The translations under genes and the position numbers were made by a program. Below are positions 36,508 through 49,088 of a stretch of 64,000 bases of DNA, piece by piece. How positions within the stretch are numbered: the stretch's first letter is position 1; each line of letters opens with the position of its first letter. The notes under the pieces are model-generated. The model was given only the letters and a program-made list of their open reading frames with translations. It was not told the DNA's origin and made no database searches. The stretch comes from Eledone cirrhosa (Eukaryota): the NCBI GenBank assembly GCA_964016885.1, contig OZ024742.1, forward strand, positions 329,778,001 through 329,842,000, read 5' to 3'.

Positions 36508-36554
36508 GATATGGTTTTATAAATATAGTTTTCCATTTATTTAATATTGTTAAT

Positions 36555-36663
<109 letters not shown>

Positions 36664-36845
36664 AGTATGTGTGTGTGTGTGTATGTGTGTGTGCGTGTGT
36701 GTACATGTATGTATATACATACTAGTGTACGCATGTATACATATATGTATGTACGTATACAAACTTATATATAAGTATCAGCCGCACTAAGAGTGAGAAA
36801 TGAAATTTCATTTTTTCCGTTCATATATATACATATATATATATG

Positions 36846-36918
<73 letters not shown>

Positions 36919-36996
36919 TATCCGGGAGCTTCCAACAGTAATGGTTGCATTCTTTAAGGGTATGTCAATATTTATTAATAAAACTGGTCTATATTA

Positions 36997-37061
36997 TATT
37001 TTATCTGAGGAAAGCACACCATATTTTAACTTGGTGTCCTTGAAATATGTATAATGAAATA
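36997..37061 (+). ncRNA. Type I hammerhead in a related PLE terminal fragment (36918-37105)
   Basis: tattttat CTGAGGA aagcacacca..tggtgtcctt GAAA tatgta TA atgaaata. Confidence 0.72.
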
Positions 37062-37104
37062 AATATTGTTTTATAAATATAGTTTCCATTTGTTAATATC
37101 GTAC

Positions 37105-37217
<113 letters not shown>

Positions 37218-37218
37218 C

Positions 37219-37249
<31 letters not shown>

Positions 37250-37273
37250 AGTGTGTGTGTATTTATATATATA

Positions 37274-37355
37274 TATATTATTAAGTGTAATGAATTCTTT
37301 TACAATGGAATTAGCTAATTCCATTGTAAAAGAATTCATTACACTTAATAATATA
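37274..37355. repeat. Perfect 82-bp palindrome with no spacer
   Basis: 41-nt arms centred on AG|CT at 37314/37315. Confidence 0.95.
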
Positions 37356-37504
37356 ACTGCTCCTAGGCTGAGCTGAACGTAGCCTCATATATACGACTGT
37401 TATTTCTAGCAGTACGGTTATGAGACTAGCTAGAAACTGTAAACCATGTGCGTTACACAGTCTTTTAAATTATTTAGAAGTGAAGCATATCAATTAGTCC
37501 CTGG

Positions 37505-37570
37505 ATGTTTACTGAGGAGAGCAGGACATGATATTCCTACACTTATTCATCTCGAAACATATTTGGATTT
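37505..37570 (+). ncRNA. Decayed hammerhead-like motif
   Basis: CTGAGGA gag...ctc GAAA catat; stems I and III are not intact. Confidence 0.35.
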
Positions 37571-37908
37571 TAAAGTTTAAACTTATCTACGGAACAGGTT
37601 TGATTTTAAAATTTAAATGTGGCTAAACATCATAGCCATTTGGCAATGCAGTTCGTCTTTGTTGATTTATTATTTTAAATCGATATGGACAAACTGTAGT
37701 ATAATAATTAGTATACTTCATTCTGGCTAAATTTTCTTTTGCAATATAAATACAGATGTGTTGGTATCTGTGTTTCATCATATATATTAGTTTATATATA
37801 TATATATATATATTGAGAATATGTTGGTTGTTTGCCGACCCCGAGTATGCAGATTGGAGCACTCAACTAAGTGCGCAGGTTGGTTTTGGTTACTCCGGAG
37901 TAATGTAA

Positions 37909-38752
37909 AATAAACTAAAATAAATAAATCAAATATTTAAAATTTAGCTTCGTTTATTACTGCTATATATATATCTCGGTGACAGCCATCTTCGGCTGTG
38001 ACCTCTTCAGGCAGTCTGAATTAGTGGGGTAGAGACGAGTGCACATGTTGTTGAGGTGTTAACTTTGTCAATATTCTGATATGCCCAGTTCCTGGTTGGG
38101 TTGTTGTGTCTATGAGGAACTGGACTCATATGAATTTAAACAAACGAATTTCAGCGTCAAAGGACATCCTCTCCTCCCATTGGTCAGTTTTGAGAACATT
38201 CCTCAGTCAAAAGTCTCGAGAAATTCTTTCTGAGGCGAGGCTATCTGTAGTGGTTGTTTTTGTTTTCGTTAAGCACATCTGACCTCTAACCTTATGTTGG
38301 TCGTGGTGTTGGTGCTTGTTCAAACTTAATTCCTGCTGCTGTTGATTTTAGGAGGATCTGTGTGTGTGTATTGGCATCTATCCTGCCACAATTTCTCGTG
38401 GTGGTGGTGGTAGTGGGGTGTTGCGAAGCATATGAAGGAATGGGAGGCAATAAGATGAAGAAAATAAAAAATGAGAAATAAATAATATATAATAAAAAAA
38501 GAAAAGAATGAAATGAGAAGGTAAAAGACTAAAACATTCATATGACTCCAGTTCCTCATAGAAACAACAACCCAACAGGGAACTGGGCATATCAGAGTAT
38601 TTGCAAAGTTAACAACATGTGTACTTGTCTCTACCACACTAATTTGGACTGCCTGAAGAGGTTACAGACAAAGATGGCTGTCACCGAAATATATATAGCA
38701 GTAATAAACGAAGCTAAATTTTAAATATATAACTTATTTATTTTAGTTTATT
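37909..38752. repeat. Inverted repeat (37909-38135 / 38536-38752), PLE-type, hammerhead in each arm
   Basis: Arms are reverse complements. The left hammerhead (37959-38015, minus) has GAGA in place of GAAA. Confidence 0.88.
38648..38702 (+). ncRNA. Type I hammerhead ribozyme, intact core
   Basis: actgc CTGAAGA ggttacagaca aaga tggctgtcacc GAAA tatata TA gcagt. Confidence 0.82.
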
Positions 38753-38758
38753 ATAGTT

Positions 38759-38881
<123 letters not shown>

Positions 38882-39035
38882 GTGGTGGCTGAAGATCCTC
38901 TAAGGTGAATTATTTGTTCTCGGTACGGTGAACTTACTGTTGTGTAACCACTTCAATATATTTGTATATTAAGTAAGTTAGTTACTATATTTTCTTATTT
39001 TACGTCTTTTATATATATATATATATATTTATATA

Positions 39036-39334
<299 letters not shown>

Positions 39335-39839
39335 CTAAGTTAAAATATCATAAGATATAAGATGTGTGATAAATATATATTTCAGTAGAAAAGCTCAATT
39401 TGTATTTGTCCAGTGCATCATCATACATATTATATATCTTATTTCACCTTTCCTTTTACCTTTGCTACAAATTCTTATTTGTTGAGCTGCTTATATTGTG
39501 GCTAGTACTTCTCACCTCTGGATGCAACCTCCTGCCATATTTCTATCTGCTACGACAATTAAAACGTCCTTCGCCCCCTGCGGTCTATTGTTTTGGATGA
39601 CTCTCCGAAACCGACAGATATAAGTTAAGTCGATTCCTATGATTATTAGTTTGTCGTAGCTTAACCAAAATCGGTGGTTGGTAATCGATAATCGTTTACT
39701 TAGATCGTCTTTGATTTGATCTAGAAACTATAAAACAATGCCGTAAGGAAATAAGAACTTACTACAAATTACTATGTATTTCTTCAACGATAAACACATA
39801 CACACACACACATACATACATACATACATACATACATAC

Positions 39840-39918
<79 letters not shown>

Positions 39919-42044
39919 GTACATGTCCACGCATATAGACGTATAAGTGTTATTATATGCATCGCTGTTGGTGACCTTTAGTTTTCAACGCATTACCTGA
40001 AGAAGGGTTTCCGAATGATGGTGTATGTGAAATTCTGCAGCTTCTAATTTGTTCCTGTCTTCATCATGCGAGGCTTTAGGAAAAATTCCTGAAAATTATT
40101 TCTTAAGCTTGTTTCCTTGCCTTTGTCGTGTATTCCTGAACATTTGTATTGCAACGTGTGATTTGGTGTTGGAATTGTTAAATTTGTAGTAACTGCTAAT
40201 TATTTCATATATGTTTTAATGTCAGTGTTGTTGTTTATGAAACATTACAATATTTACCAGGTTTCACATTTCTTTGGGGTATAATTTCTTTCATATATTT
40301 CTTGTTTCCTGTTTTCTTGGAAAATTTAATTTCTCTTGTATGTAATAAGTGATTTTAACAGGCTGCTATTGAAACTGTTCGTCGTTCCATTTTTTTCTTC
40401 TAGTTGGCTATTAAACTTCTGATAAATGTATTTTTTGTTTATGTTTCCAATTGTGTTATTGAGTGCTTTTATTGCAGTATCTAACTTGGCAATTTTAAAA
40501 TCTTTGAATTCTGCAAGCGATAATATTTAACTATTACCCACGGTGACAATTTTTACAGGCTCTTTCAAAGTTTGTGAAAGTTTGGAATTTCTTTTACAAA
40601 GAAACAGACAAAGAATTTTGGAATTGGTTACTAAGTGTTGGTGAGTAATAAAACAAAATAAAATAAAGTGATGGTGTATGTTTTATGTGTGGGTGTCAAT
40701 TTATTGCATTTATTGTTGTGTGATGTAACGAACAAATTTAGTTATGTTCGGTTGTTCCCATTATTTATTTTTTACCATGCTAATCTGTTTGACGCGAAAT
40801 CTAACTAAGTGATAAAAGTTGACTCTAGGTTTTTGTATTTGCGTGTGTCTAATCGAATTGTATATTTGTTTTAGAGACCTGCTGCTATCTGCAATACGCC
40901 ATGATTCGTGATTTTATAATATACGATTTCTAGATGAAATCGGTTATCATCTGCTTCCAAATTCATTCAATAAATTTATTACCTTATCCGGGTCTCTCCA
41001 CATTTTACATATATCGGAGAAATATGTATCCAGTATGTAACTCATAATGAAATATTGCCTTTATTTTAACAATTTATAACATTAAGATGTATGATTTTTA
41101 TTGCTATAATTGAACAGTCATTGATTATGTCGGGAACAATTAAATACACGGTGATTAAAACAGTACAAGTTTTGAGTCATTTTCTCTAGCGAAATCACTT
41201 TAGTTTCAACGTACGATTTCAGATCGCGTCGTTTGACAAGCAATTTACAGGGCCACATTATTGACATAATATTCTCTATAAATACGAATTGTAAAGAGAT
41301 TTCCTTATTCGTCCATACTTAATTGTTCATCCCATCTAAAATCTGAGTGAATGTACCCTTCTGTAAACTATTCTCGATTACATTATTATGTCAGGTTAAC
41401 ATTTTAACACTGGATTATCTCATTTATTGGAAATTTCCACAGTGAGGGGCAGAGTCGTTAATGGCCAGGTATTGTTCCGGTTCTATACAATTTGAGTTGA
41501 AATACCTGCCTTTTATTTTCTCATGGTCGACAAATAAAATGCTAGTTGGGGATTGTGTAGATTTGTGAAATTGTTAAAGAGTTTAGAGGCAACATTTGTG
41601 TTTTCTGTGCACTCTGATTTCAAATATCGTATACTACTCCCATGAGATAGACCGGCAGATATTATTAATGGAAATGCCAAATGAACAGGTTTCCTTGATC
41701 AGATTGGCTGATGAGCCACCCGTCACATTTAAATAAAAATACATTACGTATGCATGCGTGATTATCCGGTAGTTTTAACAAAACATTATATCCTCATCTA
41801 TTCTTTTACTATTGCCAAAAATGTCCTGCTTGAATGAATGTCCGATTTTAATAGTTTGTATCATTGAACAGCAGCGAAACATTTCAATCAGATTTTAGAT
41901 CTCATCAACTACTGTTGAAATTAATTCAATTTTTCCATAAGATTCGAATACATGAGTACGACACAATTTATCCCGATACATTTCTCTGGCGGTACAACTG
42001 TGCTAATCATCTGATTTCACCCACGATGATATTGCAAACATTCG

Positions 42045-42075
<31 letters not shown>

Positions 42076-42080
42076 CGTTT

Positions 42081-42241
42081 AATAATTGTTTCTACTTTTC
42101 GCACAAGGCCAGCAAATTACCCAGTACATTACTGGTACTTTATTTTATCGACCCCGTAAGGATGAAAGTTGATATCGACGGATTTGAACTCAGAATAGCA
42201 TGACGTTCGACTCGCTACCGATAATGCCAATCCGCCACCCT
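42081..42241 (-). mobile_element. SINE (same family as 53282)
   Basis: Reverse complement has gggtggcggattggca..ctgagttcaaatcc..ggggtcgataaaataaagtaccagt..ggccttgtg..agaaacaattatt. Confidence 0.85.
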
Positions 42242-43740
42242 TTTATATTATGTTTAATAATATCGTGATAAACGTAAATGAAACAATAATATACATGCTA
42301 TATATGATAGTAAAGACGTGACGGTGCCATCCATTGGAATGGAAGCTTATATCTGCTGTGTATTGTACATTCAGACAGAAACTTCTAAATACGCTGATTA
42401 GCCTGATTTTAACATCAAATTTAGCGAATATATATGTGGTACTATATTTAACTCTAACTTTCTTACTGTAATAGAACATGGTCATCAGAAGAGCAGGACT
42501 AATCTCTTACATATCCGCCTATAAATCACACCAATGCTGTCAATGCAACCTAATACTTTCATGTTGACTGCAATTATCCCAAATTGAATGCAATATAAAT
42601 GAAATTTTTTTCAAAATGAAATTAAATTATAGGGAATCGAACCAGGTATCTGCTGTATAAAGAACAATCACTAACATAATCCTTGTTCTTAGATGAACAT
42701 TCGAAATGTAGCTTTAATTTCACGCTATAAATGATTTACTGGTTGGAACTGCAATATATATTCGTACGCAATATTTCGCTCTGCCACATTCCTGCTAACA
42801 ATATTTAATCCAAAATATTTACGACAGAAATAAAGATATAATTATAACACTCTTACAACGTATATTCTATGGATATCTCCATGATAACAATGTCTTTCAA
42901 TCAGTATTGGATCTCATACGTAGATATACATTTGGTTAGAGATATATTTTCTGCAGTTTTATTGACATCGACATAACAAAGAAGCTTCGTATTGTATCAT
43001 TCAATGAATATTAATTCATTCATTATCTGATTCCGTCGCAGACTTAACCTCTTATCTACTGCTTCACCAGATAAAGATATTAAATTCCCAATAATATCCC
43101 ACTGCTTAATAATATGAGTGAACTTATATTCAATATAATTCAGTTTCATTGATAGAAAATCGAAGCAGTATGGATGTGGGCAGTATTAAATTAATTGTCA
43201 AACGAATACTAGTAGGCTTACGTTTTGATATTCAGTTGATATCCTCTTTCCGAGATTATATCATGGAAAAGACTGATAATCGCTTCTATCCATAACCGTT
43301 CAATATTACTATTGCAGATCTAGATTCTTGTTTTGTTTCATTTTGTAACCTTGATTGTCTTTTAGTGAATAAGGCAAGCAATATTCTGTGCTTCTAAGAC
43401 AAATCTCCGGGGAAATCAAATGTTCAAGGAATCTATTAGGTATATTTTTAAATATATATCTCATCTAATATTTATCTATCTATCAATACAGATGCCAGCC
43501 TCCCTGACTTCAAAATGTTACCTAACTCAGCTAACACAAACGCTCAGTTTTTCACACAGGTTCGCTGATAGGTGTACATGAACATATACTCACATACATA
43601 CATATAGACAGAATTAATGTCTAGGTGTACGAGCTTGTGTGCGTGTATATGCTGGCGCATATATACATACAAGTCGTTCTTCCTACACATATTAAAACAC
43701 ATATATACACAGATACACACACACGCCCGCGTATTTATAT

Positions 43741-43819
<79 letters not shown>

Positions 43820-43984
43820 GCTTTTATAGTGAGCAAAGGCACTGCACAAAACCAGTCCCACTCTCTTAACCAAGATGATATTTACCAAAAAGAAGAACAA
43901 GTCAACAGGCACAGGCACAGGCATTGCTTTATATCTGGAGATCTCTCTGCACTTGTCGTCACATGGTACCATGGGCCCAGCACT

Positions 43985-44137
43985 ATGTGTCAATAATTGT
44001 CACAAGTGTAGTGTTTGTACCAGAGTTTTCAAGTCGCTGGCTGGACTAAAAAGTCACACTTGTTCAGCGCATCGGTAGGGGTTCTCCTACATGGATATAA
44101 AGGAGTGGCCGTACTCGAAAACGAGTTGGCAGCCACC

Positions 44138-44140
<3 letters not shown>
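43985..44140 (+). mobile_element. RTE-like LINE 3' end with terminal C2H2 motif
   Basis: HKCSVCTRVFKSLAGLKSHTCSAHR* then a short 3'UTR running into (TA)n. Confidence 0.6.
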
Positions 44141-44216
<76 letters not shown>

Positions 44217-44289
44217 TCTAATGGTAGTTAAGATGCTTCCATGGGCGGTATGCCGGTTGAGCAATCTATGCTCCTACGGAGCAGAGTAT

Positions 44290-44604
44290 TATAGAATGGA
44301 AAACGAAATATCAGTGGTGCATCGGAACTCAACATATTGTGTGTTACAATTGATTCCCTGGCGAACTGCTCGATGTGCAATCCATGTGTGGATCTACCTG
44401 ACTCTCGCCTCGCAGGTTCCTCGGACACGTCTATTGAAAAAGGATATGATCCGAAATCAATAGACGTGTCCGAGTAACCTAAGAGACTAGAGTCAGGTAG
44501 ATCCACACATGGATCGCACCTCGAGCTGTTCGCCAGGGAATCAATTGTAACGCACAATAAGTTGAGTTCTGATGCATCACTGATTTTTCGTTTTCCATTC
44601 TATA
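44290..44604. repeat. Fold-back hairpin, 148-bp arms, 19-nt loop
   Basis: 44290-44437 is the reverse complement of 44457-44604 with scattered mismatches. Confidence 0.92.
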
Positions 44605-45024
44605 TATATATATATTCATATATGTTTACGTTTGTATTTACACACCGAGTCAGTTGAAATGTCCCCGATGATATATATGTTAATTACAGCATGGCCAATG
44701 TTTATGCAAATGTGCAAATCATTTAAATTGGACAGAATCATTGATAGGATAAATAACAATTCTCAGTTTTATTGTGCAGGCTTAGAAATAAAATAAATAC
44801 TCAGATATATACTCAGATACATTCTAACAGGCAGACAATATATCAACTTGAGATGAACCAGCAACAGCTAACTGAACCAACAGGGTATTGTTTTGCTAAC
44901 TAACATCTGATTAAAGATATGTATTCATTTAGTAATTACCAATTAAAACTGACTGTAAATATATCCGTGGAAGTACAGAAGTACCGACTGTTAGAATGTG
45001 CTTGAGAAAGATAAAGAGCGAGTA

Positions 45025-45089
<65 letters not shown>

Positions 45090-45317
45090 GAAACACACAG
45101 ATACATGCGGACACACATATATACATGAATGCATCCGCACCCAACCGTGAGTTAAGGGTGCCAACTTCACCGATGTTGCTCAATGAATGACTGGGACAGA
45201 CCAATCCGGTTGAACTAGACTGAACCAGTATCATAGTTAAAAATACATTATGAAGAGAGAAGAAACATTTAGATATAATTAGTAATAAAATGTATCATAC
45301 CTAAACTGCTCCTAGAT

Positions 45318-45407
45318 TCCTCGACTACGTAGTTTCGTGGCATAAACAAAAACAATACATCATAAAGATATAGAGTCCTTGCGAGGTCTGCCGACTTATC
45401 AAGAGGA
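45318..45407 (-). ncRNA. Hammerhead with decayed core
   Basis: tcctc TTGATAA gtcggca...tgccac GAAA ctacgtag TC gagga. Stems intact, two transitions in CTGATGA. Confidence 0.55.
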
Positions 45408-45601
45408 TACCTCATTTTCTAGTCTCAAGAACGCGTCTACACGACGTGAGAAAGAATCCCAAAAGGCGGAGGGGGAGATAGTCACGCGATATAACGGTCG
45501 AGAAACAGAGCTAAGCCTCTTATAACCCTGAAGAAAATACCACGGAGGCGGAGGGGGTATTTATATCGAAGCCGTAGAAGAGGTGGTGAAGGAGGCGAGA
45601 A

Positions 45602-45700
<99 letters not shown>

Positions 45701-46089
45701 AAGGTTAACATATACATAAAGTTATAGGTATATATATATGTGTTGCAACTGTTCACTTTTAAGCTCTATGAAGAATTAATAAATTAAAAAATCAGAGCAT
45801 TATATCATAATTCATGTCTTTAGAATCATCAGATAATAAAATATATACTACTTCTTCTTCTAATAAGCATAATTAACCATATAAAAAATCAATCAGAACA
45901 GCTATAAGAATAAATGCTCTTATGGGGACATCTCCGACAAATAACCGGACGTAGCCTCTTCGCGGCGGCTCAAAGTCGGGTATTTATCCAACATTTCGAC
46001 AGCATGTAGAAACTGACTAAATATACCATCAACCATACGCAATTAGTTGTAAAATTAAACTTAGAAGAAATGCGCACATACCGTAATTA

Positions 46090-46167
46090 TATCTCTACCA
46101 TGGTTTCTTCCTTATTTTGGACATCCAAATAATAGGAATGTCCTGAGTTAGGAATCATCAGGAGACA
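46090..46167 (-). ncRNA. Type I hammerhead ribozyme, intact core, long stem II
   Basis: tgtctc CTGATGA ttcct..ggacattcc..ggatgtcc..aggaa GAAA ccatgg TA gagata. Confidence 0.82.
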
Positions 46168-46230
46168 AACTCAAAATCAGACATCTAGCTTTTCAATCCG
46201 ATCCCGCCCAAATTAGATTCAAATATTATG

Positions 46231-46331
<101 letters not shown>

Positions 46332-46425
46332 GTAGAACACAGGAATGTAATATCCGTAGTGGTAGAGCACTCAGTCCATTGCAGGAGTTAGGTAGAAGTG
46401 GTTACACAACAGTTAGTTCACCATA

Positions 46426-46465
46426 ACGAGAACAATTGTTTCACCTTAGCGGATCCTCAGCTCGT
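46426..46465 (-). ncRNA. Minimal type I hammerhead (decayed homologue at 38884-38923, +)
   Basis: acgag CTGAGGA tcc gctaa ggt GAAA caattg TT ctcgt. Confidence 0.72.
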
Positions 46466-46479
46466 AAGGTATTACATAT

Positions 46480-46545
<66 letters not shown>

Positions 46546-46553
46546 GTATATTA

Positions 46554-47165
46554 ATTAAAATAACAGATTAAAGTTTAAGCAAAGAATCGCTGCTTCTATA
46601 CCGATGGTAAGTGTTCTGCGTATGCTTGTGTATGTTCGCATTTGTTTGCGTGTATGTATTTATTTATTTCTATTACTTCTGTATTGTATTTATTTACTTT
46701 GTTCTTAACTCTGTAGCGGAGATTCATTCGGTCTCCAAGTTAGAATTTTAGTCTACGACTGCTGCTATACCATTTACGTGGTTTTGTCTTTGCGTGCTAT
46801 TGTCTCCACGCTCCACATATGACGTATTATATTCGTTTTTTTTCGTTCATTGCCAGAGAACGTCTCTATGAACCACCTAAGAGAACATTAGTCTACGACC
46901 GCTTTTATACCATAAACGTGGTTCTGTTTTTGCGCGTAATTGTTGTTCACCACTCCTATTAATGCCGTATTATATTCGTTTTTTCCCGTTCTTTGCCAGC
47001 GAACGTTTCCACCAACCAAAGGATCGTCTTCCTGTCTTCCTCCGGTTGCAACGTTTTTTGAAATATCCACGTCGGCGTTTACAGATTGACGTTGTTAGTT
47101 TCAGAAGATCCCGTTAAGGGTGAAAGCAGCGAATCTTTGCTTAAACTTTAATCTGTTATTTTAAT
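46554..47165. repeat. PLE-type cassette: 42-bp inverted ends (46554-46595 / 47124-47165), internal ~140-bp direct repeat (46748, 46888), decayed hammerhead at 47096-47136
   Basis: ttagtctacgac..tattatattcgttttt occurs twice; CAGAAGA tccc gttaa gggt GAAA. Confidence 0.75.
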
Positions 47166-47254
47166 AAATATTTGCTCTACGGTTCTTATATATTTGATAT
47201 ATATTTATCCTTATCGAGCCCTCTTTGGATTTTAGTCTTTAAATTTATTATTAT

Positions 47255-47413
<159 letters not shown>

Positions 47414-47556
47414 TATATTCTGATGTCAGAAAGATTTATTTCAAACCCAAACTTCTCACTAAGAGTTTTCTCCTTCAAAGTAATCCTCCTGGAGTATGTA
47501 ACTGTAATATTAGCTCTCTGCAGTGATCAAACTTTTTTCTTCATAATTTTATATAC

Positions 47557-48248
47557 ATGTCCATTGTTTCAGGTCGTCAAGCAATGAGCACAGTGCAGCG
47601 AACAAACTTGAAGTTTCTGGTACGTTTGGGGAAAACTCCGTCAGAAGCACTCGGATTGCTGCAGCAATTGATTTTGAGTGGTGCAAGATAACCCCAGGAG
47701 CGGAAGGCCCTCAACAACCAGGACTGAGGTCAACGTTGAGCGCATCAGGAAGATGGTGCTTATCGATCGTCGCCTGACTGTCTGAATGATGGCATATGAC
47801 CTGGGCATGAATCGGGCAGCGTCTGGAAACATTCTCACTGAAGATTTGGACAAGCGGAAAGTCTGCGCGAAGATGGTGCCAAAACTGCTGAAAGATGACC
47901 AGAAGGGTCGACGCATGCAAGTGTGCCAGGATATCTTCGAGCTTCTTGAAACAGAACCATACTTGCTAGTGACAGTCATCATCGGTGATGGTCATGGATC
48001 TTCGATTAGGACCCGGAGGAGACCCGTTTTCAAAACGTGGACGACATCAGAAAGACCATGACGACGGAACTGCGGAGGATCCCGGAAGAATCCTTCCAGG
48101 AGTGCATGCAAGCGTGGCAGGAAAGGATGGAAAAGTGCATTAGACTCCAGGGGGATAACTTTGAAGGAGAAAGCTCTTAGTGTGAAGTTTCGGTTTGAAA
48201 TAAATCTTTTGTAACATCAGTCCTGGAACTTTTCTGACACACCTCGTA
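47557..48248 (+). mobile_element. Mariner transposon remnant with internal deletions and right TIR
   Basis: QRTNLKFLVRLGKTPSEA, RSGRPST, DRRLTV, KVCAKMVPKLL, VIIGD; ends gtcctggaacttttctgacacacctcgTA. Confidence 0.88.
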
Positions 48249-48256
48249 TATATATA

Positions 48257-48439
48257 TATCTATCTATCTAAGGTGGGTAAAATTCCCGAGATCCATGGAC
48301 GAGTTCTCTCCAGCGGTCTCTGTCCCTCATTATCGCTGCCATATCCTGCATCTCCAACAGACCAGTGTCTGTCCTTAGGGCATCAACATATGTTAACCTT
48401 GGTCTTCCTCTTCTAGTGTGTCCATGTAGGGGCTCCCAA
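48257..48439 (-). mobile_element. RTE-like LINE 3' end with (TAGA)n tail
   Basis: WEPLHGHTRRGRPRLTYVDALRTDTG..MRDRDRWRELV..* followed by tagatagata. Confidence 0.8.
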
Positions 48440-48929
48440 TATATATATATGTGTGAGTGATGGCATGTGAATGTTTATAATTTGGGCTAACATTCATAAT
48501 GTCGTGCGTTCGAACTCAGCGGCGCTTTGAAACCTTGAGCACATCTCTTACTTCACGATGTATTCAACTGGCAAACTAATAGTTGTGCTTGCAATTCAAA
48601 GAGACAACCTTATCACACAGCGTTGGAGCAACGTTACACGTGTCTCTGCAATATTCAGCTACTTGCTCGATAGATTCACGTGCATATTACTTCACTGTTT
48701 GTACAGTTGTAGCACTCCTCGTCGTAACTGACGGAGCTATAACAATTGCACATCTCTATATTGCAACGATGATTCTGCGAAAATAAGAGGAGATAATGTC
48801 TAGGAAGAATTACACAAAGAAATCGACGGTGAGTTTTTTAATGAGGAGGCTGGAAATTGATAAATCTAGGTCGACGGTTATGAGAATGATGATCATCAGA
48901 TACCATGCTTTTCAGCATAGAGTTATTTC

Positions 48930-49088
48930 CTTTTCCTTGATGAGTCCAAATCCAAATAAGGCAAGCTTTGCCTCTCATTTTTCGGCGTCGATAATATAAA
49001 GCAGAAGTAATGCACTGTGGTCGATTTAATCGGCATTCCCTTTCATTTTAAATTGCTGAACTTGTGCCTAAATTAGAAACATCTATTG
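48930..49088 (+). mobile_element. Degenerate SINE
   Basis: tgagtccaaatcc..ctttgcctctcat..gtcgataa..ggtcgatttaatcg..cttgtgcctaaattagaaac. Confidence 0.7.

Larger units (their letters stand above)
33132..36550 (+). mobile_element. 5'-truncated Penelope-like element (Naiad-type) with ~930-bp inverted terminal repeat
   Basis: Arms 33132-34062 and 35609-36550 are near-identical reverse complements flanking a GIY-YIG ORF; each arm has a hammerhead. Confidence 0.9.
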
